Part shown: positions 20,445-30,036 of the stretch, in pieces | Position numbering within the stretch: the stretch's first letter is position 1 | Layout: each line of letters opens with the position of its first letter | Position numbers and translations under genes: made by a program | The notes under the pieces: generated by a model | Databases searched by the model: none | Told to the model about the DNA's origin: nothing | What the model saw: the letters and a program-made list of their open reading frames with translations, nothing else | Source of the DNA: an uncultured delta proteobacterium | GTDB taxonomy: Bacteria; Desulfobacterota; Zymogenia; Zymogenales; Zymogenaceae | Direction: 5' to 3' | Length of the DNA stretch: 64,000 bases | Assembly: GCA_963735595.1 (NCBI GenBank) | Contig: CAVTLK010000005.1 | Location: forward strand, 231,760 to 295,759

Positions 20445-22234
20445 GGCCGAAAGCCCTCCTGATTATCGCGGCGGCGTTTGTGCTGGTCGTCTCCTTTTAC
20501 GTCGTCTTCGAGAAGGTTTACCTCCCGAAGAAGGAAAAGGCCAAGGAGAAGGAAGACAGGGTCTTTTCGCTGGAACGGGAAGACCTTGACCTCATCGCGA
20601 TCGACTCGGAAACCACAAAGATCATCCTCGTCAAGGAAAACGACCGCTGGATGATGACCGCCCCCATCAAGACCGAGACGGACACGGGCGAGGTGGAATC
20701 GTTCATCGCCACGGTGCTGGACGCCCAGATCGGCCGGAAGCTCGGCGCCAAGGATGAACTCAAGGGCAGCCTTGCCGATTTCGGCCTTGACAAGCCGAAG
20801 CTGACCGTAACGCTGGGCGCAGGCGACGATACGCAGACCCTCTTATTCGGAACCGCAGTTGCCTCGGGTGACGAGGTATACGCGATGGCCAGCGGGAGCG
20901 ACCAGGTCTTCCTGATCGACGGCTTCGTCATGGAAGACATCAATAAAGATACGACGACACTCAGGGACAAGGCGCTAATCGCCTTTTCACCCGACGACAT
21001 CGTCACCCTCGCGGTCACGCGCGATTCTAAGACCGTCACGGTCAAGCGGCAGGCCGACGACTCGTGGCTTATTACCGAGCCGTTCGAGTTTTCGGCGGAC
21101 ACCGACGAGATAACCGATATCCTGGATTTCATCTCCGAGGAGGGGGCGGTCGGCTTTGCGCCGGAGGACGCCAAGCCTGCGGACTACGGCCTTGCGTCCC
21201 CGGTGATCACGCTCCTTCTGGTCGATGCGGACGGCGCGACCTCCCGGCTTTTGATAGGGAAGGAAGCCGGCGACGGCAGCTACTGGGCCATGCGCGAGGG
21301 CAGGCCGTCTATATTCATGGTCACGGAGCAGGTGAAAAACAAGCTGACGGTATCGGCCGATTTCATCATGAACAAATCCCTGCTTTCGTATATCGTCTCC
21401 GACGTAACGGCCTTTGAGTTAACGGGGCCGGACGGCGCGATATCCGCCGTGCGGGACGGCCGGGGCTGGAAGATCACCAAGCCCGAGGCGGTGCGGGGGG
21501 ACAGGAGCGCCGTCAATACGCTCCTTTCGGACCTCAGGGACATGAAGCTCTCCGAGATCGTCCAGATGCCCGCCAAGGACCTCGGGCGCTACGGGCTTGA
21601 CGCCCCGACGCTGGCCGTCACGGTCACGATCAAGGACGGCGACAAAGAGAGAAAATCGACGCTGAAAATCGTTCGGGGCGCCGGGGAAACCTCATACGGG
21701 TATCTTTCATCGGGCTCATCCGGCTCATCGGGCTCGACGGGTGGTTTTATCTTCTCGATCCCCACGGAGACAATCTCGGCGGTCAACCCCACGCTTGCCT
21801 CGCTGAGAGACAGGGCGCTGCTCTCGTATGACCAGGATACGGTAACCGGGATCACCATCGCGGTCGGCGACAAGACCTACGGCTTCACGCGGAAGAAGGA
21901 CGCCTGGAAGATGACGGAGCCCGACCGCAAAAAGATCGACGCCGAATCGATGAAATCCCTGCTCGAGGCGATCGGGGGTCTGTCCTATGCGGAGGTCCTG
22001 GCCGACACGAAAGAAGGCCTCAAGGACTGGGGGCTCGATGAGCCCGAGACCACCATCACGCTGACGGGCGCCGACGAAGAGCTCGGAACGATTTCGCTTG
22101 GAGAGCCCAAAGAGACCAACGACGGCCGATATTCGGCCGCGGTCTCGTCGTCGCTTGAGAAGGTATACAAAGTCAACACGGACCTCGTGGACGCAATCAT
22201 CTTCGAGGCCGATATCATACAGGAAGGGAGGTAG
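20441..22234 (+). CDS. DUF4340 domain protein (usual partner of GldG-like ABC systems)
   Basis: 597 aa, 4-nt overlap with the upstream gene, N-terminal TM, repeated beta-rich modules. Confidence 0.55.
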   Translation: MRPKALLIIAAAFVLVVSFYVVFEKVYLPKKEKAKEKEDRVFSLEREDLDLIAIDSETTKIILVKENDRWMMTAPIKTETDTGEVESFIATVLDAQIGRKLGAKDELKGSLADFGLDKPKLTVTLGAGDDTQTLLFGTAVASGDEVYAMASGSDQVFLIDGFVMEDINKDTTTLRDKALIAFSPDDIVTLAVTRDSKTVTVKRQADDSWLITEPFEFSADTDEITDILDFISEEGAVGFAPEDAKPADYGLASPVITLLLVDADGATSRLLIGKEAGDGSYWAMREGRPSIFMVTEQVKNKLTVSADFIMNKSLLSYIVSDVTAFELTGPDGAISAVRDGRGWKITKPEAVRGDRSAVNTLLSDLRDMKLSEIVQMPAKDLGRYGLDAPTLAVTVTIKDGDKERKSTLKIVRGAGETSYGYLSSGSSGSSGSTGGFIFSIPTETISAVNPTLASLRDRALLSYDQDTVTGITIAVGDKTYGFTRKKDAWKMTEPDRKKIDAESMKSLLEAIGGLSYAEVLADTKEGLKDWGLDEPETTITLTGADEELGTISLGEPKETNDGRYSAAVSSSLEKVYKVNTDLVDAIIFEADIIQEGR

Positions 22235-22238
22235 CAAC

Positions 22239-22565
22239 ATGGCGCGGATTACTGTAGAAGACTGCCTTGAGCACGTCGATAACCGCTTTCAGCTGGTGCA
22301 CCTTGCGGCCCAGCGCACCAAACAGCTCAGGCGCGGCTCCGCAATCATGGTGGACTCGCCGGAGAACAAAGAGGTGGTACAGGCGCTGAGGGAGATCGCC
22401 GCCGGTAAGGTCAGCTTCGAGAACATCGGGGAGCTGGTCGTTCCGGAACGGGACATCTTCGAGGCGTATAACGAGAAACTCGATGAGGAGCACGTCCTGG
22501 ACGCCGAAGAGGACGATCTGGAAGTAATCAACGGCGAGCCCGAGGACGACGAAGAGGACTTATGA
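22239..22565 (+). CDS. rpoZ: DNA-directed RNA polymerase subunit omega, with acidic C-terminal tail
   Basis: [33 protein letters not shown] is the omega core. GGAAGGGAGG RBS upstream. The ORF-track start at 22098 is an upstream in-frame extension. Confidence 0.85.
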   Translation: MARITVEDCLEHVDNRFQLVHLAAQRTKQLRRGSAIMVDSPENKEVVQALREIAAGKVSFENIGELVVPERDIFEAYNEKLDEEHVLDAEEDDLEVINGEPEDDEEDL

Positions 22566-22975
22566 GATTTCCCGATCCGCTGAAAAAGGGCCTTATCCTT
22601 TACGGGGACCAGGCGCACACGCCGGCAAGTCCCGAGCGCCTCGCGGAGTACGGAACAGCCTATGAATCCGAGGGAAGGGCTACCGACGCCCTCGAATTCT
22701 TCTGGCGTGCCGGGTTCACGGAAGGGATAGAGCGTATTGCCCGCGGCGCCGTAGACGAGGGGGATTTTTTCATCTATCGTCAGGCAATGACATACCTGGG
22801 ACGCGACATGGGGGCAGGCGAGCTTTCGGCGCTGGGCAAAAACGCCGAAGGGCGCGGGAAACTCGCCTTTGCCGTGGCGGCGGCCGAGCAGGCCGGGGAT
22901 GATCGACGGGCAGCGGCGCTTGCCGCCGGGATGGGTAACGGTAACGGTGACGCCGATGGAAAAGAAAAACCGTAG
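22562..22975 (+). CDS. hypothetical protein (137 aa), translationally coupled to rpoZ
   Basis: Its ATG overlaps the rpoZ stop (ATGA). Helical composition and a Gly/Asn/Asp-rich tail; no recognised domain. Confidence 0.45.
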   Translation: MRFPDPLKKGLILYGDQAHTPASPERLAEYGTAYESEGRATDALEFFWRAGFTEGIERIARGAVDEGDFFIYRQAMTYLGRDMGAGELSALGKNAEGRGKLAFAVAAAEQAGDDRRAAALAAGMGNGNGDADGKEKP

Positions 22976-23138
22976 CGGACGCCCCTGCGCCTACTGCGGC
23001 CGCCCGTCGGTGCCCGATTTCTTTCCCTTCTGTTCCGACCGGTGCCGGCTGATCGACCTTTCGGGCTGGTTTAACGAGGTCTATACGATACCGGCCGAAG
23101 AACCGCCCGACAACGAAGAACAGGAGACGATGCACTAA
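22956..23138 (+). CDS. yacG: DNA gyrase inhibitor YacG (zinc-ribbon)
   Basis: [46 protein letters not shown] carries the C-x2-C...C-x3-C YacG zinc-finger signature. The ORF-track start at 22869 is an upstream extension. Confidence 0.7.
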   Translation: MEKKNRSGRPCAYCGRPSVPDFFPFCSDRCRLIDLSGWFNEVYTIPAEEPPDNEEQETMH

Positions 23139-23193
23139 CCGACCCCGCCCATAACAGGCCTCGTAGCTATATCTTCCGAAGTGTAGCGGGATA

Positions 23194-23727
23194 CCTTTCT
23201 TATATATCCATTCTTCTTTGTTTCTTTGCGCCTTTGCGGTGATCTCATCTGTCCCGATGCGAGGAGAGTCTCTCACCACAAAGACACAAAGGCACAAAGA
23301 AGGGACGCGCCCCAGGAAATGCAGTGGCCCGGGTATTTACCGGATATACTCCACCGTATGCCTGACTACTGAAGTCCTTTCTTATATATCTGTTTTTCTT
23401 CGTGTCTTTGTGCCTTCGTGGTGATCCCATCTATCCCGATGCGAGGAGAATCTCTCACCACAAAGACACAAAGGCACGAAGAAGGGACACGCCCCGGGAA
23501 ATGTAGTCGCCCGATTATTTACCGGATATACTCCACCATATGCCTGACTACTGAAGTCCTTTCTTATATATCCATTCTTCTTTGCTTCTTTGCGCCTTTG
23601 CGGTGATCCCATCTATCCCGATGCGAGGAGAATCTCTCACCACAAAGACACAAAGGCACGAAGAAGGGACACGCCCCAGGAAATGTAGTTGCCCGATTAT
23701 TTGCCGGATATACTCCACCGTATCGCT
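23194..23727. repeat. tandem array, 182-bp unit x ~2.9, each unit containing a ~30-bp inverted-repeat hairpin (CACCACAAAGACACAAAGGCAC family)
   Basis: Units are 23194-23375, 23376-23557 and 23558-23727. Each contains ttcttcgtgtctttgtgcctttgtggtga...tctcaccacaaagacacaaaggcacgaagaaggga. Units 1 and 3 share a variant left arm (tttgcgcctttgcggtga). Confidence 0.85.
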
Positions 23728-23777
23728 TAGGAAAGGGATTCAGTAATCAGGTATAACGCCCTGAGGAGATGCATCGT

Positions 23778-24098
23778 ATGCTCATCGTAACCACGCCCTC
23801 CGTGGAGGGTAAGTCGGTCACCCAACACCTGGGGCCCGTCTACGGGCAATGCGTCGTCGGCGCGGGGTCCCTCAAGAGCTTTATCTCGGGGGTCAAAGAC
23901 GTTCTCGGCGCGCGGCTTATCGTCCTCGAAGACGAGGTGCGCCATGCCCGGACCCTGGCCGTAAAAGACATGACCCGGGAGGCCGAGAAGGCGGGCGGTA
24001 ACGCCGTCGTCGGGCTCTCCGTCTCGTACGCCTCGCTCGCCGAGGGCCAGCTCCTGCTGGTGGCGGCGACGGGTACGGCGGTAATCCTCGAAGACTGA
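23778..24098 (+). CDS. ybjQ: YbjQ/UPF0145 family protein
   Basis: MLIVTTPSVEGKSVTQHLGPVYGQCVVGAGS...NAVVGLSVSY. GAGGAG RBS 9 nt upstream of ATG 23778. Confidence 0.75.
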   Translation: MLIVTTPSVEGKSVTQHLGPVYGQCVVGAGSLKSFISGVKDVLGARLIVLEDEVRHARTLAVKDMTREAEKAGGNAVVGLSVSYASLAEGQLLLVAATGTAVILED

Positions 24099-24288
24099 TA
24101 CAAATCAATCCCTAACTGCCTACAAAAAATACATAACCTTCCCTTTTTACTATAAAAACAGTCATATAGTGACACGAAAGAAAAACCACACCCTTTACAG
24201 GAGCACGCATATACTATACTATTGTAATAGGGATTTGGTTTGTCGGGCCGGGCGGGATATCATTAAAAACGGTAAGGAGTATGCTCTG

Positions 24289-24567
24289 ATGAATAAAGTA
24301 AACTGCTGGGAATTCAAACGATGCGCCAGGGAGCCGGGAGGCGCAAAGGCGGGAGATCTGGGGGTCTGTCCGGCGGCAGTCAGCGACGAATCGACCGGCG
24401 TCAACGGCGGTAAGCAGGGCGGCCGCTTCTGCTGGGCGGTCAGAAAAACCCTCTGTGAAGGCGACGTACAGGGAACCTTTGCCATGAAAATAGTAGCCTG
24501 CAAGGAATGTGAATTCTATAAGATGGTCAAAGGCGAAGAAGAGGGCGATTTTAGAATGTTTCGGTAA
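24289..24567 (+). CDS. small cysteine-rich 'two-CW domain' protein (92 aa)
   Basis: MNKVNCWEFKRCAREPGG...GVCPA then RFCWAVRKTLCEG...ACKECEF gives two CW-x3-5-C modules and 7 Cys. AAGGAG RBS; AT-rich promoter region upstream; own terminator downstream. Confidence 0.6.
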   Translation: MNKVNCWEFKRCAREPGGAKAGDLGVCPAAVSDESTGVNGGKQGGRFCWAVRKTLCEGDVQGTFAMKIVACKECEFYKMVKGEEEGDFRMFR

Positions 24568-24605
24568 TTGCGCGACGGCCTGCAGAGCAAATGGATTCAC
24601 TGATT

Positions 24606-24633
24606 GCCGGATAGGATTATCCGGCATTATTTT
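24606..24633 (+). terminator. rho-independent terminator after the two-CW gene
   Basis: gccggataggattatccggc hairpin followed by attatttt. Confidence 0.5.
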
Positions 24634-24713
24634 GCCCGGTCAATCCTTGCTTTTTCCAGCGAAATACCGTATTCTTTCATCTTTGTTACACCCCAACCGG
24701 AGGTTTTTGGCCT

Positions 24714-26477
24714 GTGAAAGAATCCGTCACCTACTACTCGAAGTATCTCCTGCGCACCCGGAGGGAAGATCCCACCGACGCGGAGATCCCCTCCCACAAG
24801 CTGCTCGTGAAGGCCGGCTTCATCCGCCAGGTGACCGCCGGCGTCTTTGATTTCACCCCGATCGCCTTCCGGGTGATGACAAAGATCATGGAGATCATCC
24901 GCCAGGAGATGAACCGGATCGGCGGCCAGGAGCTCCTGATGCCGGTGCTCAACCCCGCCTCCCTCTGGATAGAGACGGGCAGGTATAACGCGGTTGGCGC
25001 GGAGCTGATACGCTTTGTCGACCGACGGGGCGCCGATATGTGCCTGGCGATGACCAACGAGGAGACGGTCACGGACCTGGCCCGGGGCTACGTATCGTCC
25101 TGGCGGGACCTCCCGTTCATGCTCTACCATATCCAGACCAAGATCCGCGACGAGGCGCGCCCCCGGGGGGGCGTCATGCGGGTGCGCGAGTTCCTCATGA
25201 AAGACGCCTACAGCTTCCACCGGGACTTTGATGACCTCGGGGCCTACTACGTGGACGTCTACGACGCCTACCTCAGGATATTCACGCGCATCGGCCTTAC
25301 GCCGGTCCCGGTCGAGGCGGATACCGGCGCCATGGGCGGCAGCGACTCCCACGAGTTTTTACAGCCGTCCGTGTCCGGCGAGGATACGTTTGCCCGCTGC
25401 GCCGCGTGCGGCATGGCCTCCAACGTGGAGAAGGCAGAGGTAGTCAGCAAGCCCGCGGCGGCCGGCGGCGACATCCCCCCCGCCGAGGACGTCCACACCC
25501 CCAACATGACGACCATCGACGCCCTGACCTCGTTTTTCGGGGTCGGGCATGAGCGGTTCCTCAAGGCCGTGGCCTATGACGCCGGCGGCGCGGTCGTGGT
25601 GGCCTTTATCAATGGGGCCTACGAGATCAACGAGACGAAACTCAAAAATATCCTGGGCGCCACCGAGCTTACGGTGGCCGATCCCCGAAAGCTTACCGAC
25701 GCCGGGATCGTCCCGGGCTTCATCTCGCCCCGGATCGCCGGGCTTACCGGCGTCAAAGTCCTTTTCGACCGCACGGTCTTGTCCCAGCCGGCCTACGTCA
25801 TGGGGGGAGACCGGGTCGACTATCACGTCAAGAACGCGGTGGCGGGGCGTGATTTTCCCGCGTCCGATCCGGTGGATATCGCCTCGGTGCGTGAGGGCGA
25901 CCCCTGCCCGCGGTGCGGCAAGGGCGCAATCGAGCTGGTGCGGGGTGTCGAGCTTGGCCACACGTTCCAGCTCGGCACGAAATACTCCGATTCGATGGGA
26001 CTGACCTACCTCTCGGAGGAGGGCAAGTCCCGGCCCGTCGTCATGGGGTGCTACGGGATCGGGGTGGAGCGGGCGATGGCCTCCGTCATCGAAGCCCACC
26101 ACGACGAGACGGGGATGATCTGGCCGGTGACGGTCGCCCCCTTCGAGATTATGGTGCTGCCCCTGGGGGCGGACAGCGACGTCATCGCCGCGGCCGACCG
26201 CGCCGCGCACGCCCTTTCAGAGACCTGTTCGGTGCTTCTGGATGACCGGCAGGAATCGGCGGGGGTCAAATTTGCCGACTCGGAGCTCCTGGGCATCCCG
26301 ATCAGGGCGGTCGTCAGCAAGAAGCTCATCGCCAAGGGCGAGGTAGAGCTCAAGGTGCGCCGGACCGGGGAGGTCGTCGTCGTGCCGGAAAAGGAGGCCC
26401 CGGAAACCGTCCGCTCGCTCCTCTTGATGCTTTCCGAGAAGGAGGGGGTCACGATAAGCGATTTATGGCCGAAGTGA
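24714..26477 (+). CDS. proS: proline--tRNA ligase
   Basis: 587 aa intact. GTG start with GGAGG 8 nt upstream. Class II motifs (FRDE-like REF, TGAMGGS), an insertion domain and a C-terminal anticodon-binding domain. Confidence 0.9.
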   Translation: MKESVTYYSKYLLRTRREDPTDAEIPSHKLLVKAGFIRQVTAGVFDFTPIAFRVMTKIMEIIRQEMNRIGGQELLMPVLNPASLWIETGRYNAVGAELIRFVDRRGADMCLAMTNEETVTDLARGYVSSWRDLPFMLYHIQTKIRDEARPRGGVMRVREFLMKDAYSFHRDFDDLGAYYVDVYDAYLRIFTRIGLTPVPVEADTGAMGGSDSHEFLQPSVSGEDTFARCAACGMASNVEKAEVVSKPAAAGGDIPPAEDVHTPNMTTIDALTSFFGVGHERFLKAVAYDAGGAVVVAFINGAYEINETKLKNILGATELTVADPRKLTDAGIVPGFISPRIAGLTGVKVLFDRTVLSQPAYVMGGDRVDYHVKNAVAGRDFPASDPVDIASVREGDPCPRCGKGAIELVRGVELGHTFQLGTKYSDSMGLTYLSEEGKSRPVVMGCYGIGVERAMASVIEAHHDETGMIWPVTVAPFEIMVLPLGADSDVIAAADRAAHALSETCSVLLDDRQESAGVKFADSELLGIPIRAVVSKKLIAKGEVELKVRRTGEVVVVPEKEAPETVRSLLLMLSEKEGVTISDLWPK

Positions 26478-26493
26478 CAAGGAGGGAAAGATA

Positions 26494-26925
26494 ATGAGGT
26501 TCACGTCATTACTCGCAGTTGTCGCGCTGTCCTTAGCCCTTTCATGTGCTGCACCCGCGGCGGCTCCTGGCCAGCCGGCAAACGCCGAGATGGACGCCTT
26601 TATCGGCGGCGCCGTCGTGCTGTCGCCGGGTGTCCCGGCGACGGTCAAGGCCGGAGGGGAGTTCGCCGTCGTCCTCAAGGGCAACCCGTCGGCCGGCTAC
26701 CAATGGACATACGCCATTGAACCGACCGGGCTTGCCGAGGAGTCCGCAAAGGAGAACTTCAGCGCCGTGCCGGAGCCGATGATCGGTTCCCCGGTCTTCA
26801 CCGTCTGGAAGTTTACGGCCACGGCCGAGGGCGAGGCCGTCCTCACGTACCTCCATTACCGGCCCTGGGAGAAACCTGAAACTGCAATCGATCGCGCGGT
26901 CTACACGGTAACAATCGTCAAATAG
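26494..26925 (+). CDS. secreted chagasin-family peptidase inhibitor I42
   Basis: Signal peptide MRFTSLLAVVALSLALSCA and the NPSAGYQW motif of inhibitor I42. Confidence 0.7.
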   Translation: MRFTSLLAVVALSLALSCAAPAAAPGQPANAEMDAFIGGAVVLSPGVPATVKAGGEFAVVLKGNPSAGYQWTYAIEPTGLAEESAKENFSAVPEPMIGSPVFTVWKFTATAEGEAVLTYLHYRPWEKPETAIDRAVYTVTIVK

Positions 26926-26961
26926 CGTCCTTTAGAATCCTGCTGTCAGGAGAATCAGGGG

Positions 26962-27256
26962 GACACAATACGTATTCCCTTTTCGGGCCTGGCCGGAGAG
27001 TCTGACGGATTAAGTATTGTGTCCCCTTAATTCGAAAACCGCCACTATATTCAAAGAACCACCGGCAAGCTTCGCTTCGCCGGTGCCACCCGTACCGATC
27101 TCGGCACGAACGCCATTCCCGTCATTGCGAGGAGGCGTAGCCGACGCGGCAATCTCTCCGCCGCCGGAGGCTTTGCTGCGGCACAGAAGAGACAATCCCA
27201 TGAGAATCCGACGCGATGATGAGATTGCTTCGTCGCTTCGCTCCTCGCAACGACGA
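26962..27256. repeat. mosaic repeat block: GGGGACACAATAC hairpin module plus a CGTCATTGCGAGG...CTCCTCGCAACGACG TIR element
   Basis: gggggacacaatacgtattccc...ggattaagtattgtgtcccc is the hairpin. 27120-27256 cgtcattgcgaggagg...caatcccatgag...ctcctcgcaacgacgag is the TIR element copy. Confidence 0.6.
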
Positions 27257-27390
27257 GTGAAGTAGAAGCCGTATACAATGAATTACTATAGAAAAGGGTT
27301 AGCCCCCGTAGGGCTGGCATATATGCCGCCCGTCCTTTCTTAAAGCCTGCAATACTCGTGATTATAGAGAGACGGGACGGCGACGGACGC

Positions 27391-28215
27391 CTACCGCGCC
27401 CCCGCGCGCAGCTTTCTCTCGAGCCAGCGGCTGGCAGCCGAGAGGGAATAGCAGATAACGAAGTAGATCATCGCGCAGAAGAGGAATATCTCGGTCGGGG
27501 CGATCAGCACCCGGTTGCTTACCTGGGAAGAGACGGTGGTCAACTCAAACAGGCCCACGAACCAGGCCAGCGAGGTATCCTTGGTGAGGCTCATGAACTG
27601 GTTGACGAACGACGGGATCATGTTCTTGAGGGCCTGGGGAAGAATGATGTAGATCATCGCCTGGGCGCGGGTGAGGCCGGTGGACCTGGCCGCCTCCATC
27701 TGCCCCCTGCCGATGGAGAGGATTCCGGCCCGGACGATCTCGGCCATATAGGCCCCGGAGAAGCAGACGAAGGCGATGATGACGTTGTAGACGTCGTCAA
27801 TGACGTAGCCGAAGACCTTGGGCAGCAGAAAGACGAACCAGAAGATGACCATGATCAGAGGCATCCCCCGGATAAGCTCGATATAAGCGACTGCCGGGTA
27901 CTTGATCCAGGGGCGGGCGCTGTTTCTCATCAGGCCGAAGATCAGGCCCACCACGAACGCCAGGACAAGGCTGATGCCGGCAAGATACAGCGTCAACACG
28001 ATCCCGCCCATGCGGTGCGGCGGTCCCAGGACGAGATACCGGAGGTTCCTGGTGATTACCTCGAAGTGAAGCTGTCCGATTCCGGTGACGGCATTAAAGA
28101 GGGATTGCGAGACCGAGCCGAAGGCAAACTCCAGGATGACGAGAATCCCCAGGAAGGAAAAGGTCGTCGCGGAAATCGCGATTCGGGTAAGCCTCTTGGT
28201 GCGCGCGTTTGACAT
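27391..28215 (-). CDS. polar amino acid ABC transporter permease
   Basis: 274 aa with the EAA-loop region (AARSTGLTRAQAMIYIILPQALKNMIPS). Confidence 0.8.
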   Translation of the reverse strand: MSNARTKRLTRIAISATTFSFLGILVILEFAFGSVSQSLFNAVTGIGQLHFEVITRNLRYLVLGPPHRMGGIVLTLYLAGISLVLAFVVGLIFGLMRNSARPWIKYPAVAYIELIRGMPLIMVIFWFVFLLPKVFGYVIDDVYNVIIAFVCFSGAYMAEIVRAGILSIGRGQMEAARSTGLTRAQAMIYIILPQALKNMIPSFVNQFMSLTKDTSLAWFVGLFELTTVSSQVSNRVLIAPTEIFLFCAMIYFVICYSLSAASRWLERKLRAGAR

Positions 28216-28216
28216 C

Positions 28217-29086
28217 TCAGTACTTGATATACCTCAGATATCGCCGGTTATACTGGTTGATCGCAAAAGAGATTATCAGCGAAAGCGCCAGATAGATGAG
28301 CGTTACCATTGAAAAGGCCTCAAACACGCGGGAGGTTTCGGCCTCGATTATCCGGGCTGCGTGTGTCAGCTCGACGACGCCGATGGCCATGACCAGCGAT
28401 GAATTCTTGACGAGGTTCAGCGACTGGTTGATGAGCGGCGGAATGACGATCCTGAATGCCTGGGGCAGGATCACGTAGCGCATCGATTCGAGGAAGCCAA
28501 ACCCCTGGGAGCGGGCCGCTTCCATCTGCTCCCGGGGAATGGACTGGATCCCCGCCCTGATCTCTTCCGCGATGAAGGCGGCGGTATACGTGCTCAGCGC
28601 GATCACGCCGTAGGCGAACTCGATATTTCGCGAATAGATCCAGTCCTTAACCGCGGTGGGCAGGAAGGGGTCAGACCCGAAGTACCAGAGGAAAATCTGG
28701 ATCAAAAGCGGGGTATTTCTGAAAAATTCAATGTATGCCGATGATACAAATACAAGGACCTTGACCTTGCTCAGTTTGAGAACGGCAATCACGGTACCGA
28801 GCATCATGGCCAGGACGATGGATATGGCCGAGATTCTGACCGTCGTAAAAAATCCCCACATGAGGAGGGTGAGGTAGGTGCTCTTGTCGGTAAGGCGCTG
28901 CTTCAGAAATACCGAAAAATCGAACTCGTAGGTAAAATGGATATTCAGGAGCCAGGCAAGGATCACCCGGTAGATAAGAAACACGATCAGGGCCGCCGCC
29001 CCGATAGCGATCGGGTAAGCGATCTTCTTGTGAGTCTCGCTCCAAAGCTTGAGGTCGATGAAGAGCTGTCTCGGGTCTCGTTTCAT
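28217..29086 (-). CDS. polar amino acid ABC transporter permease
   Basis: 289 aa. EAARSQGFGFLESMRYVILPQAFRIVIPPL is the EAA motif. Confidence 0.8.
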   Translation of the reverse strand: MKRDPRQLFIDLKLWSETHKKIAYPIAIGAAALIVFLIYRVILAWLLNIHFTYEFDFSVFLKQRLTDKSTYLTLLMWGFFTTVRISAISIVLAMMLGTVIAVLKLSKVKVLVFVSSAYIEFFRNTPLLIQIFLWYFGSDPFLPTAVKDWIYSRNIEFAYGVIALSTYTAAFIAEEIRAGIQSIPREQMEAARSQGFGFLESMRYVILPQAFRIVIPPLINQSLNLVKNSSLVMAIGVVELTHAARIIEAETSRVFEAFSMVTLIYLALSLIISFAINQYNRRYLRYIKY

Positions 29087-29147
29087 GGTTCCGGTTTAGG
29101 GGAATAGGAAAAAAGGGGGGGATATCCCCCCCCGGTCACAATTACGA

Positions 29148-30011
29148 TTACGGCCAGAGCTCTACCGCCCAGCCGGTCGGAGGCAGGTAGTAGTTGGTTT
29201 CGGGGCCAAGCCACTTGGTGTATATCTTTTCCCACTCGCCTTCCTTGTACATCTTCATCAGCGTAAAGTTGACAAAATCGCGCCATTCGGAATCGTTTTC
29301 CCTGACGCCGATGGCATAGGGCTCGCTCGAGAAGAAGTCACCCACGACCGCCCACTTGGCGGGGTCCGGGTCGCTACCCTTGAGGCCGACGAGGATGACC
29401 GAGTCGGTAGTGACGGCCACGACCTTGCCCTGCTTGAGGGCCAGGAAGGCCTCGGGATAGCCCTCGAAGGAGATCACCTCCGCCTTTGGCTGCACCAGGA
29501 GGATATTCTTCTCGCTGGTTGACCCCTTCACGGAGCCGACCTTCTTGCCGGCCAGGTCTTCATAGCTCTTGATGGGGCCGTCGGCCGCGACCAGGAGCCT
29601 CTGACCGTCCATGAAGTAGGTAACCGAGAAATCGATGACCTCATCGCGCTCGATCTTGTGGGTCATGGTGGCGGCCAACATGTCGACCTTGCCCTCGGTG
29701 AGCATCGGGATGCGGTTTGAAGACGTGACGGGCTGAAGCTCGAGTTTTACGCCCAGCTCGTCCGCAATATAACGGCATACATCCACGTCAAAGCCGACCA
29801 GTTCGCCGGACTTCTCGTCCACGTACCCGAAGGGGACGACGGAGTCCTTAACACCGGCCACCAGCACGCCCTTTTCTTTGATGGCGTCAAGCGTCGACTG
29901 GCCGGGGGCCAGGCCTACCTCGGAGGTCATGGTTCCCTCCGGCGCCTTACTGCAGGCGTTGATGCCGCATACGAAAGCGGCAATCAGCAAGATAAAGACA
30001 ACTTTCTTCAT
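29148..30011 (-). CDS. amino acid ABC transporter substrate-binding lipoprotein
   Basis: Lipobox LIAAFVCGINACS; family-3 solute-binding-protein fold (GFDVDVCRYIADELG). Confidence 0.8.
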   Translation of the reverse strand: MKKVVFILLIAAFVCGINACSKAPEGTMTSEVGLAPGQSTLDAIKEKGVLVAGVKDSVVPFGYVDEKSGELVGFDVDVCRYIADELGVKLELQPVTSSNRIPMLTEGKVDMLAATMTHKIERDEVIDFSVTYFMDGQRLLVAADGPIKSYEDLAGKKVGSVKGSTSEKNILLVQPKAEVISFEGYPEAFLALKQGKVVAVTTDSVILVGLKGSDPDPAKWAVVGDFFSSEPYAIGVRENDSEWRDFVNFTLMKMYKEGEWEKIYTKWLGPETNYYLPPTGWAVELWP

Positions 30012-30036
30012 TCGTTCCTCCTATATGACACTACGA

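Noticed and set aside
23218-23612. Four small ORFs (61-76 aa, both strands) inside the tandem array
   Set aside because: They are repeated translations of the same DNA repeat (for example ...FFVPLCLCGER... recurs). There are no RBSs, and they overlap each other on both strands.
23194-23727. Possible CRISPR array
   Set aside because: The 182-bp units are directly contiguous with no unique spacers and are far longer than CRISPR repeats. There are no cas genes anywhere in the window.
24627-26210. Minus-strand ORFs 24627..25352 and 25359..26210
   Set aside because: They are antisense to the intact proS.
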